Assembly (NCBI GenBank): GCA_016748015.1
Contig: JAAOMT010000577.1
Coordinates: forward strand, 540,666 to 604,665
Length of the DNA stretch: 64,000 nt
DNA from: Geosiphon pyriformis uo1
Lineage: Eukaryota; Fungi; Glomeromycota
Direction: 5' to 3'
Under the pieces are notes generated by a model. The model saw only the letters and a program-made list of their open reading frames with translations, had not been told where the DNA came from and did not search any database. Each line of letters begins with the position of its first letter. Position 1 is the first letter of the stretch. This document shows, one piece after another, positions 51,352 through 64,000 of the stretch. Both the position numbers and the translations under genes were made by a program.

Positions 51352-52218
51352 TGTTACAGATGATTATTTGGGGTCTTAGATCAAATAACAAATCCGTAAT
51401 ATGGTGCTTGGTTGGTATTTTGGAGTTGATATCTGAAGGTTTTGTTGTGAAGTTCTTTGTATAATGAACAGAGAGTTAATTGATGAGTTTATTTGTAGCT
51501 TCCCGAAACTGCAGTTTTGTCAAATTTTTTTCTCAGTATGATGGCCAGTAATCCTTCTGGTAAGTTATTCTCAAATTTATGAGTGTTTCACCCTTGTTTC
51601 ATGGGTCTTTTACCAGTCACTATGACATCTGTATTTCAGTGTTTTAATTCTCAATTGATTAGTATACAACAATAAAATCAAAGAAAGAGAAGAAAATAAA
51701 ATAAAATAAAATAAAATAAAAAAATAAGCCAAGACAATGCACAAGTTAGTATTCCATTAATAGCCATGATTAAGAGCTATTGTTTCAGTGGGGTTAAGTA
51801 TCAATTATTATCAACATGAAGTGTTGATAGTAATGAGTGAATTGAGATAGTAAATAATTATTTATTGATATTTGTAATGTGGAAGGTTTCTAATTGATGG
51901 ATTCTGCTCTTTCTACTTCTAATGCTACCACTATATATACATAATTGATGTTCTATGAGATTGCTCACATTTCTGAACAATGTGCTATAATTTTTTGAGC
52001 AATACTTACATTGCTGAGTAATGTACTCTCATTTTCTAATATTGTTCCACATTGCTGAGCAATGTGCCATGTTTTCTGATATTGCTCCATATTGTTAAGC
52101 AATATGCCGTGATTTCTATCATTGCTCTACATTGTTGAGCAATGTGCTCATGTGCTACATATTATTCTTCTATTGGTCTACTATTTTTCTATATCTGTTT
52201 TTTTTTCTATGAATAACA
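51352..52218 (-). repeat. 5' LTR of element B
   Basis: tgttac...ataaca termini; equals 32225-32349 joined to 42209-42945. Confidence 0.95.
51955..52155. repeat. U3 array of CATTGCTnAGCAATG palindrome-containing units (also 42680-42880)
   Basis: About six units spaced ~30-40 bp, e.g. cattgctgagcaatg, tattgttaagcaata, cattgttgagcaatg. Confidence 0.8.
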
Positions 52219-52222
52219 TCAC

Positions 52223-55200
52223 AATTGAAAACAGAAGATCTGAACAGTAAAACTCTTGCCACCTACTTCTAAGAACTTAACTTTAGCATTATTCAGTATT
52301 GTGAAAAAAAATACTCAGTACAATCTAGATATTCTATTGATTTTGAATCAGAAACAAAAATAAGCAACAGAGATAAACAAAAACTAAAGCAATATTTAAG
52401 CATTATCCCAACCACCCCAAAGACACCAAAAATAACTGCCAAACACTTGCAAACTTCAGAACAAAAAACCAGCACCAGACTTTTACTTTCAATTACATTC
52501 TTTTTAATTTTACTTGCTCAACCACAAACACCAAATTCATCACTTATCTGCTTCTTAAGACCAGAAAATTTTTAGTCACCCAAAAGTCCTACTTAACAAC
52601 AGAAACCCATATTAACCAGCACCAATATTATTGATTATTTACAAAAAGATGAAAGTAATCATTCAGAGAACTTGGAAAGTAAGAAAACTGAATCAAAACA
52701 AAAAAAAACTACAGAAAACAAAAAAAAATAGCAACTGCTTATATTGCAAAAATCCCAAAATTTACTAATAAAGATAATAATACCAGCCCTTAAGAATGAC
52801 TTAACAAAGTTCAGAAAACAGAAAATGCAAATGGTTGGAATACAGTAAAAATGCTCAAAGCAATCCCATATTTTCTTCAAAAAACTGCAGGAGAATGGTT
52901 TGAAAACTTAGAAAAACTATTTAAAAACTGGCAAGCATTTAAAGATGCTTTCTTATAACAATTCACTGACAACAACACCTCTATTAATTTTCATAATTGC
53001 TTTTACAATATCAAACAAAAAACATCTGAAACTGCTATAATCTATCTTGAGAAATTTAACAAACTTCTTTGACAAATTTAACAATTAGAAACCAATAAAT
53101 ACTATTCCAATGCCCAAATTTTGGATCAGTTCATAGCAGGATTAAAGAACAAATTAATCAAAAAAGTTCACTTACATGCTCCTGAAAACTTAGTGACAGC
53201 CATTAGACATGCAAAAAACTATGAAATGGCAATAGAAGAAGCAAATCATACAAAACTTGTAAATCTTGCTATTAGAAAAACCAGCTTAGCAGCTGAAAAA
53301 AAAATTGACCAACTTACAAAAAAGATTGAGAACTATTTCACCAATTAGCAACAACAGCAACAATCACAAAAATATTAGCCACCACAACAACAAAACCAAA
53401 CCAATTATTCATCATCATCAAACAATCAAAACCAAAGTTGTTATTATTGTGGGATTTCAGGACATTGGAAATGAAATTGCAGAAAGCTACAAAAAGACCA
53501 ACAAAACAGGAGTAATTAGTATTACTTTTTAATACAGCAATCTCATTATTAGTCTCCACTACCAGCCTACTATTCCTCAAAACCCCAACAGCAAACCAAT
53601 TACTATCAATCTGCTCTACAGTAACAATATTAACAACCTCTACCAATTCAACAGTATCAGTTACCTACACAATAATATTAAGTACCAGCTCGAAAATTGG
53701 TTCAACATAACCAATTCATATTTCAAAATCAATTTCAGAATAACAAACCCAAATAACCAGTTGGTTTTCTGGAATTCTGGTTAGCAAAAACCCAACTACT
53801 ATCACACTTAATCCAGTTATCTTACAATGCTTAAAGGATCGAATTTTCAACAAACTGCACTTTCTGAAGATAAAGTTGCAGCACCAAAATCAAACCCTTT
53901 CAACAATACTATTCTATCAGTTCAAATTGCCCAAATGCCAATTTTTTAGATATATTTTTATTTGAATTTGAAGCAAATAAATCTCTATTTTTGCTTAGCA
54001 ATACAGCAGTCAATGAGCAAAAAGCAATTACTATTATGTATACAGAAGTTGAAATGGAAGACAAACCCATTCAATTAATTTTAGACAATGAATTAGCTGG
54101 AAGTATTATTATCTACCAACTAATAAAACAACTTTAACAAACTGTTAACAAACCAGCTCAAACTGTAATTGTTACAACTGATGGTATAAAAAAAACACCA
54201 GTAAAAAAGATAGACAACTTTCTATTTACTATTGATGAAATTACTATTTCAGTCAAAGTTTTAATCATAAACACACTTCAATATCAAGCTCTTGTCAAAA
54301 ATAATTGACTTCTTAAGACCAATGCAAATTTAGATTGAAAAATCCAGAAATTGAAAATTTCATACCAAAGACAATATATCAAAGTACCTGTTATTTGTGA
54401 TATTTTTAATAAAAAATCCGAAAAAGTCCTAGTATTCAAATTTGAAGAGAAAAAAAAACTACCAATTATTGAAAACTTTATGGCTCTTGGATTACCATCC
54501 AATTGGGCTGAGGAAACAGAACAAAAAATCTTTGAGGAAATCAGAAGATAGTATATAGTTATATATTTTATACCAGAACCATAAAAACAACCACCCTATA
54601 TTCTACTTAAATGCAAAAATTGCAACAAGAAACTTTCATCAATGAGAGCATGTATTTTTCCAGAAGAGAAATATAAAACTTATATTTATTACTACTGTAA
54701 AACATGTTATAGAAAATAATTTGAATACTCTAAACAAAGTGGAAAATAGGACAACACTCTATGTTTTACATATAAAGATATGCTACCAAAAGAATACAAC
54801 TGAATTGATGTTGCAATGAAAAGAGGAGTATGTAATCAAATCTGCCAATATGCTCTATTAATTTCGGAAAAAATCAGAAGAGGAACACTCTTTGATGCAG
54901 TATATAATAGTGCTCTCAACAAACTCTACTATTATTTTTATAATGCTAAAATGATCTTTGAACTAGCAATGGCTTTAATCAATAGAGCCACACAAGAGGA
55001 TGTCTACCAAATGAAAGAAACTGAATATATTGAATACATAATAGAATTAGCTAGATTCAACTATAAAGATAAAATAGAAACATACCACTAAATTGCAAGT
55101 TACACTTATTCAATACAAGAAGCTCAAATTCAATAATTAGAGCAAATGAATATTCAATTATGTGAAAAATACATCATGCTTTGTGATAACAAATAGTGTC

Positions 55201-57596
55201 TAGAATGCTATGCCTTTAGTATCCTCTTATCTAACAAAGATAACCAAAAGAAAATTGAGTTTAGAGAATCTAAGCCAGAAGAAAAAACTACAACAACTTC
55301 AATCTATCTTACTAAAAATTAGTCTGCTATACAACTCAAATACTTTGATAACAATAGACAAGAAATAAAACCAGAAAAAGCCCATAAAATTAATGTAAAA
55401 TATGACCTAAGATATCTTGGCAAAGACACTTTGGTTTTCCAACCAAAATTCTTAACCAAAATCAACTTCAGAATTGTTTTTGAAATACTACCAAGAGCAA
55501 TGATACAAATTGCTTCCTGATCATCATTGGCAAGCAAAAAAATTAATGTTAGAGAAAGAATCATAAATGCAGGATACACTAAAAACATTATTATTATGTT
55601 ATAGAATAAAACAGACAAATTATTTAGAATTGAACATGCTGAAAAAATTGCTTAAACAATTTACTTACCTTTAATCAACATTTCGAGTTTATAATCAGTT
55701 AACAACAGAAAACAATTAGGAAAAACTAAAAGAGAAACTCAAAGTTTTGATTCAACTAGACAATTTACAGTTCCAGTAAACATAGCTCTTAATACACAAA
55801 ATGAATCTCACCAGATTTTTCAACTTTCTTAACCAATTACTATTTTACTTTTTGAAGAGCATTATGAAATCTACACTTGCTCAAAATCTATTACTATCCA
55901 ACAAATTTTTGAATTCAATGAATAAATCTGTTCAAAACATGAAATTTCAATTTTAAATGTCTACATACCAAAAAAAATGAAAAAATTTCTACAATCTCAA
56001 CAACTACCCCATTGTTTTATTAAATAAATTAGAAATTAAAATCATACATAGCAATATTTTTCAAGATAAAAACCCTCAAATTGTCAGCAATTTCATCAAA
56101 ATTGTAAGACATACACTACTTTCAAATTCAAATATCATTGCTATTACTGAAAACTACCATTTTTTGAAAAAAAAACTATCTCAAATTAACATGGATCTCT
56201 TGAAACCTTAACAACAAAGACAATTAAAACAGTTAATAGCTGAATTTGCTGATTTATTTGCAAATGACAACAATAATCTTGGAAAAATTAATATTATTCA
56301 ACATCAAATCATACAAAAGATGCTTCACTAAAACATTAACAAGCTTATTGAGTACTACTTGTTAACCACCAATTTATTAGGAAAGAAATTTAAAGAATGC
56401 TTAATAATAGATTAATTTAATTATTAAGAAGTTTTTGGGTCTTATCAATAGTTCTTGTCAAAAACAAAAATAGAAAAATTAGATTCTGTGTAAACTATCA
56501 TCAGCTCAATAGTATAACAATTGGAGATGCCTACTTTTTTTTAAGAATTAATAACATGCTAAATGCTCTAAGAAAAGCCAAGTTCTTTTCAACTTTAGAC
56601 TTAGAAAGTAGATACTGACAAGTCAAAATAGACCCAAAAAATTGACCCAAAACAGCATTTACCATTCAAGAATGAAACTATGAATTCAATATTATGCTTT
56701 TTAAACTCTGCAATATACTAGCAACATTTTAGCAATTCATAGATGTTGTATATGAAAAACTTTTATGGCAATCAGTAGTTGTTTATCTTAATAACACTAA
56801 TGTATACTAACCAAGCTTTGAAGCTTATCTTATTTATTTGTAAAAAATTTTTCAATAATTACAGAAAGCAAGATTGAAGTTGAATATTGAAAAATATCAC
56901 TTTGAAAAAACAAGTTTAATCTTTTTTGGACATATTGTTAGCAAAGATAAAGTCAAACCAAATCCAAGAACAATCAGTATTGTCAAAAACTTTCAAACTC
57001 CCAAAAATACTATAGAGCTATGAGGATTTGTAGAATTAGTCTCTTACTATCGAAAATTCATCAAAAAATTCTCAGAAATTGCCAAACCACTCAATTATCT
57101 TATCAACAAAAATGTGCTATATCAATGGACTAAAGAACAACAGAAAGTCTTTAAAACTCTTAAAACAAAGCTGACAATAGCTTTAGTTCTTGCTTATCCA
57201 AACTTCAACAAATAGTTTCAACTAGTTACTGATGCTTCACACATAATATTTGGTGTTATCTTATTACAATTAGATGAAAATGACCAGGAGCAAATCATTG
57301 TTTATGTTAGTAGAACACTCAAATCAACAGAACTCAAATATAATTTAACAGAATTATAAGCTGCTGCAATTATTTGGGCTCTTAAACACTTTTAATAATA
57401 CCTAAAAAATGGAAAAGAATTTGACATTATAACTAATAATATTGGCTTCAAATAACTCAATAAAAAGAAAACAGAACAAAATGCCAAACAGTTGTAATAG
57501 AATAATTTTTTAGCAGACTACAAAGATATTGTATATTACAAACCAGGAAAACTACACACCAATATTAATAGCCTTTTAAGAATAAGACAAAATTAA
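52223..57596 (+). pseudogene. pol: Rest of gag-PR-Cys-rich-dUTPase-RT-RNase H of element C
   Basis: Colinear with A: DQFIAGL 53121, PR ~54000-54370, CKNC domain ~54610, dUTPase ~55370-55760 (INAGYT, KIA*TI), RT ~56180-57190, ends SLLRIRQN* at 57596. Confidence 0.9.
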
Positions 57597-57654
57597 TACC
57601 AACAGCAATTTCACCACAACTTACTAACTTATTAACAAAAATAACCAAACAACA

Positions 57655-59038
57655 ATGGATCCCAGAAATTACAACAACATCAAAAACTATTTGGAGACTT
57701 TTACTATGTCAGAAAATTGGTTTTCAAGTGAAAAACATTGACTACAACACCAAGCAAAACAATATTTTATACATCATAACAAAATCTATTATATAAATTG
57801 CAGAAATCTAAACCAATTACTCAGATTAATACAAGAGAATGAAAAAAAAAATTTTATACAACATGTACACAGATCTATTTTCAGCACACTTGGAAAGAGA
57901 TAAAACAATTCAAAAAACCCTTGAACATTATTTTTGGTCTTACATGCAAAAAGATATTTAACAATATATAAAATCTTGTGATAGTTATTAAAGAAGAAAA
58001 AAAATTTGTCCCACAGAATCTTTAAATTTAATCAAAGTTGGACAACTTTTTAACAGAATTAAAATTAATTTAGTCGAACTATTATCTATTACAATTCAAG
58101 AAAATTGTTATATTGCAGCTGCAGTAGATTATTTTACTAAATAGCCTAAAACTAAAGTCATTTAAAGAGCAGATGCAAAATCAATAGCAAATTTTATTTA
58201 TAAAAACATTATTTGTAAACATAGATGCTCAATTGAATTTTTATCTGATCAAAGAACATATTTTGTGAACAATTTGATACAAAAAATTTGTGAACAATTC
58301 AATGTCAAAAGACTTCTATTATCATCTTATTACCTTCAAACAAATAGTCTTATAAAATGTTTCAACAAAACATTATGTGAATTTTTAGCCAAAGTCTTAA
58401 CTGATTTTGAGCAGAAATGAGATATTTTTATTCCATCAGTGTTACTAGTATACAGAACACTAAAACAAGATACTATAAAACATATACTATTTGATCTTAC
58501 ATATAAAAAAACAGCAATATTACCAATTAATTTCATAGTAAAAACATATTCAATGCAACCAATCAATAAAAAAAACTTTTAAAAAACACTTTAAAAAAAA
58601 ACCTATACTCTTTTTAGTACACTAAAAGAAAAAAGATGGATAGCAGCAACTCATATTAAACACTTTCAAGATTAACAAAAAGAAAGACATAACAACAAAT
58701 TGCCACCAGTTACCAACAAATTTAAAATTGGAAATAAAGTTTTTTTACATAAAACTAAGACTAAAAAACAATGGAATGGAAAATTTAAACATAAATAAGA
58801 TAGACCATTTTATATTCACAAAATTCTAGACAATAGATCATACAAGTTAAGACTTAATAACAAAGTACTAGTAAAAGTTGCACATGGAAATTAATTGAAA
58901 TATTACTATTTCAGAAACAATCTTGAATCATTAATTTCACAAATTAGTATATATTTTCTTTTAATTAATCCTAAAGATATTCTCCGAAATTTAGAACCAA
59001 TAGTTATAATAAAACAATAACCAAAGTTGAACACTTAA
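57655..59038 (+). pseudogene. Integrase of element C (separate ORF)
   Basis: ATG 57655 (MDPRNYNNIKNYLET); VDYFTK, SDQRTYF; colinear with the A integrase. Confidence 0.88.
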
Positions 59039-59194
59039 TTTAATATTTTTACAATAATTCTTTTAATAATACACAAAAACAGAAAACAAAAATAGTAAAA
59101 TAACTACAAGAAACACTCAAATTCAAAAACAAATAAAAACTTTATATCCAAAAAATAATTTTCTTTATTCTTTTTATTAGTTAGTTATTTTATT

Positions 59195-59900
59195 ATAATT
59201 ATTCTCTGAAATATTTAACAAATATCTTAAAAATTAATATTAGCTTTAAAAACACTTCCTGATTTATTCATAACAATTAATGTAAGTCAAATTAACTACA
59301 TTCAAAAAAAAACCACAGCTCCAGTAGTAAACAATTCTTAAAATTATCACCCCTATAAAAAAACACAAGAAGTTATACTAGAAATCAATTACCAGAACTT
59401 TTAAAGCAAGCTTTAAAAGAAAATTTTTTATTTGTCTCTATTGAAATTTTGCCAAATATCACAATTCAACAAAAACTTTTACTATTTTTCAATAAACAGA
59501 ACAATGAACATACTCTTATCTATAAATATTTTTATATTAAAAAAACACTTATGAACAAAAACTAGAACTTAAAGCAACAAACCTTACTCTTCAAGCTATA
59601 CAAAAACAAATTCACAATGAATTCAAAAAAACAGCTAGACCAATAAACACTTACTACAAATTTAGAACAGCTTTTAAATTCTATAATTTGTTTAATACTT
59701 GTAAAAACGTTCTACAAAATCTAATACTTCATCCAATAAAAATTCTGTATATTGGAAAGCTCACAGAACTGAAATTTCAACAATTTTCAGATCAGATCAC
59801 TTCAATTATTTTGGACTACTATTTCAATATTACAGATAGTGCTTGGACTTTGATGGAGCTCAGTCTTGAAAAGAAGATTATATTACCTGTAAAATTTTAG
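59195..59900 (+). pseudogene. ORF3 of element C
   Basis: FNTCKNVLQNLILHPIKILYIGKLTELKFQQFSDQI closely matches A ORF3; also runs into the LTR. Confidence 0.85.
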
Positions 59901-60823
59901 TTATTAATTAACATGAAATTATCTTTATAATTTTTATTATTAATTAATATATATTATTATTATTTTTATTATTACTTATTATTTAATCAAATTATCAAAT
60001 ATTATCATAAAAATTAAGATGATTAAATTATACAATATCCTGAACCATGTAACATAGTCAAAATTTGCTAAAATTAATGAAAATTGGTCGAAATATTCAA
60101 TGGTTTAGTGAAATAACTTGTAGTTTGCCGAAATGTATCTTTATTTTACCAAAATTGTAGCAAAGAGAAAAGTACAAGTTTAAAAACTAGTACTATAACA
60201 AGTTGTATAAAAAAAAAGCTTCTCTCTTCAAAAAAAAGTATCTTTTCATATTTTACTATAGTAGCTTACTTTAAAATATTTTAATTAGAACAAATTATTT
60301 TTTACATATCTTAAATAAAAATTAAATATTTAAAAACTAAATTCCTTAATCATTACACTTGAAATTCTCTTAACACAACTAACATTTTAAAATTGATTAG
60401 CTACCAATTTCAATAATCTGTTAGTAATTCCAGGTCTGGATAAAAAACGTTTCCCTTGACAAAATTCTATTTTTTTTACATTTTTTTTATTTTTTATTTT
60501 TTTTCTTATTGTAATTATTAAGGTAGTCTACAGACAAGATTCTTGTAAAAGAATTGACTTTTACAGCAAAATAACTACACATTTTAGTGAGCTTCCAGAT
60601 AAGCAATTTTTGAGAAAGAGTTAACATTTATTACAATATAATTACATATAGTAATTGACATGGAATTGGCTATTTCACTTATAAACTCAGCAGTTTAAAT
60701 TATAGGAGATAATTTGAAGATAAATTCAGTTATTAAAGGTTTAATTATTGCTAGAAAACGTGAATTCACAACAAACAGACATTAACAACATTTAAGAAAA
60801 GAGACCAAAAACCTTTAGTAATA
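59881..60823 (+). repeat. 3' LTR of element C
   Basis: tattacc...tagtaata; direct repeat of 31023-31968. Confidence 0.9.
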
Positions 60824-63800
60824 ACACAAACAATTATTTGCCTTAATCTAATATTCTAATATAATATGGGTGTAAAATGACAATTGTCAATACAAAATTT
60901 TCCAAAAGTATAAATTTTTATATTTTGTTTAAAGTTAAGTGTTATTAATTCTAGTATTTCAAGCAAAACATATACTAAAATAATTAAAGTAAAGTGATTT
61001 AGCATTTAAATTAAACATAATTTAATTTTAAAAAATATTTTAAGCTTTTTACTACCATTCAAATTATGTTCAACTGTAATAATATGTTAAAGAGCTTTAT
61101 TTTAAAGTTGAAAATCATAAAATTCTTGAAGTTTTGGTTTTATAATCTTAAAACATCTTTGAAATTTATATTCAAATTTTTTTTATATATTTGATAAAGA
61201 ACTAAGATATTTTTTTTATTTTTCCAATATTTCTGATTTCTTAATAATTTTTTTTTATAGTTATAAATATTATGTTACCAATAATATAAAATCTTGCTAT
61301 AATAAAATCAAAACTATTTTGTTATGACAAAATTATTTTGAAAATCATACCTGCTAATTTTCAAATAAAAATACCATAAATTTCCAGTCTAATAGCTTAT
61401 ACTTTACTAAAACAATAAGCACTTGTAACAATTTTGGTGTATTAATAAAATTTTTTTTTGAAAAAAAGTGTTTTATATTTTTTTTGAATAAAAATTTCTG
61501 TTGATTTTTGTGATGTTATTTTTTTTGACAAAAAAATTTTCTTTAATTTTTAAAATAGGTCATGATAAAATCTTTACTTATTGAGTTATAAGATTTTTAT
61601 GAACATTATTTTCTGTTAAAACAAGTCTTAAATAAGCTAATGCTTTAAGATTGCCAAAATGTTGAGAGAATTTCTATAGTGTTATTACTTAGATAAACTT
61701 TAATACAAAAAGAAAAGCAATAAAGTATAGCTAAAATATACAACTTCTTTTTAATATAAAGTACTGACTTTTGGTGTATTTTTACAACTAAAATCATGTA
61801 AATAATAATTTTGGTATGAGTTCGAAATATTTCCAACAAGTATATTCAAATCTTGTAAAATTTTAACATAGAATTTATTTAAAAGCAATCATGTAATAAG
61901 ATTAATAATTGATTAATTAATTTAATTCAATTAATTATTAATATTGCAGAAAATTTTTTTTTGTAATTTAGTTGTTTATTTATCTATTTTTCTCTTAATA
62001 TAACTATAAAAAAGAAAGAATATTTTTGAAACTTAAAATAAAAAAAAAATATGCCAAAAAATAAATAATATTAAAAATGATATTGTTTTATTAATACTAA
62101 AAAAATTATTTTATTGTATTATCAATTCTTGGAAAGTAAGCTTGCTTAATATGAATTGTATTAGAATTTGGCTTTAAAAAATATTTTTTAAAAACTGATT
62201 AACAAAATTATAAATGTTTTAAATAATATATATGAACTTGAAAATTTTAATTTTAATTTTTAAAGAGTTATATCAGTTTTATTTGATAGCTTATTAAATA
62301 TATAGCATTTATAAAATGATTAATATTTATATTTAAAGTATATAAATACAATTTTAACTGTTTACAAAGTTTTTATAAGAGATTAAATGCTATTAAAATT
62401 CTAAAAAATGTTTTTATAACAAATATTAGAATAAAAATATAGTTATTAGTTATATTTACTTAAAATCTTAAGTTATTTAATAAATACTTTTAATAAAAAA
62501 ACATAGCATAATACAGATTGATAATTTTAAATTAATGCTAAAAAAACAGTAAATTTAAATACTTTTGAACCTAATTTCTTTCAATATTAAAAATTCAATT
62601 TAACAATTTAGAGTAATTTTTAACTTAAAATTAGCCAAAAAATAAGACAAAAAACAAATAAATAATATATAAAGTGTTTTTTGGTTTTTTATAAATCATA
62701 TTTGATATGTTTTAATATATATTTTCTTGCCAAAATATCAATTATATTTTTATTTTTCTAAAATATATCAATCATTATTTTTAAAAATTATAAAAAATTC
62801 TGATCTTGTTTTTTATTTTAATATTTAACTGCTAATAATTTAAATACAAATTTAATATATAATACTAATTAACAAGAACTAATTTAATTTTTTCCTAAAT
62901 TATTTGAAAATTTTTTTTAGAAATACCAGCTAAATTGATACTCTTTTTATTAGTTTTTTTCTTTTTTTTAGCATTAAATAATCAATAGAATTAAGAAATA
63001 GCTGATCAAAAATAGTTATACTGTTATTGATAAAAAGAAAAATTTTTATAAAAAATAGTTGTCAAGTAGATAAAGTGAAAAAAAAATTCATAAAAAAATT
63101 TATACAACTTGGATTGGCTATTAAAAAGAATTTTTCAATAGATTTAAATTATTTGTTAATCAAAATTCAAATTTGTCTTTCACTTTGTCAAAACATGAAC
63201 TTAGTAAGAATATGTCAAAAATTATTAATTATTTCTTATTAGTAGTAAAACTTTTCTTTTTGTAGTATAGTCACAATAATATTTGTAATTTAATTATTGG
63301 GATGCTATAATTTTGGTGTTTTTACATATTATTAATTATATATTGACAATGAAAAATTTGCAAATTTTATTCGACTTTAATTAACTTTGGTCAATTTATA
63401 ATATTCTATGTTATGTTTGTTAAAAACACTATAATAGACTGACTTCTTATTCTGAATACTAAAAGACTTATATTAATACAAGATTTGTCTTTTTATGTTT
63501 ATTACAAAAGTGAATTTTTGAATATAAATTAAAAGATGAATTAGAAATAGAATTTAAAAAGCTTTTTCAAAATAAACTATTTTAGATACCATTTAATAAT
63601 TTTGAGATCTTTTTATATTAATTGAAATTTATTATTTGCTTTTTTAGAGCTATATAGCAACTGGTTAAGACTATAAGAGTTTTATAATCTATGTTAAATT
63701 TAAATCTTTAAAAAATTTAATGCTGGTTCAAATTTCAAATTATTTATATTAGAATTAATTTTAATTTTTACTAAATATATATACATGTAATATTAATATT

Positions 63801-64000
63801 GCTCTAATTAACTAAAGTTAATAGATATAAAATATTATTTTTTTTCCAAAAATATGTGTATATATCTAAAATAAAAATAACCCAAACTGCTATGGATTAA
63901 CTTTATAGAATTTATATAAGTATTTGATATAGAAGTTTTTATAAATTAAAGTAAAAAATTAGTAAATAATAAGTAATAAAAATTTTTTATTTTGTAAAAA

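Larger units (their letters stand above)
32225..52218 (-). mobile_element. Ty3/Gypsy element B, full length, with element A inserted in its 3' LTR
   Basis: 5' LTR 51352-52218; 3' LTR split into 32225-32349 and 42205-42945; exact 4-bp TSD tcac (32221-32224, 52219-52222); PBS 51332-51349; PPT 42946-42960. Confidence 0.95.
31023..60823 (+). mobile_element. Ty3/Gypsy element C (A-related), interrupted at 32225-52218 by element B
   Basis: LTRs 31023-31968 and 59881-60823, PBS at 31971, PPT gaaaagaagatta before 59881; gag resumes at 52219 after the TSD tcac. Confidence 0.9.

Noticed and set aside
61645-63242. Short ORFs 61645-61839 and 63027-63242, and 4456-4683
   Set aside because: Low-complexity K/I/F/N-rich translations expected by chance in very AT-rich DNA.

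Overview
Very AT-rich eukaryotic DNA, most likely fungal (Glomeromycotina/Mucoromycota-like repeat content, by inference). It consists almost entirely of decayed, nested retroelements; no host gene, RNA gene or CRISPR array was recognised. Left part (1-27.6 kb): four copies of one LINE group (ORF1 with CCHC knuckle; ORF2 APE-RT-RNase H-CCHC; shared 3' UTR and poly(A)), plus a 2.3-kb ORF1-only element carrying the same 3' tail. One old minus-strand LINE is split by two younger LINEs (6-bp TSDs) and by an LTR cluster. Right part (27.6-60.8 kb): a five-deep nest of Ty3/Gypsy elements (E > D > C > B > A, A innermost), with 4-bp TSDs visible for A and B. These elements share an unusual architecture: (i) gag-PR-[Cys-rich domain]-dUTPase-RT-RNase H ending in a conserved stop, (ii) integrase as a separate ORF with its own ATG, (iii) a soluble ~210-240 aa ORF3 next to the 3' LTR, preceded in B and D by a conserved TATATAAAG, and (iv) family-specific arrays of palindromes in U3. 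This resembles a complex-retrovirus-style transactivator/target arrangement, which is a hypothesis only. All repeats show heavy C>T/G>A decay. Alignments were done by eye, so internal domain boundaries are approximate.
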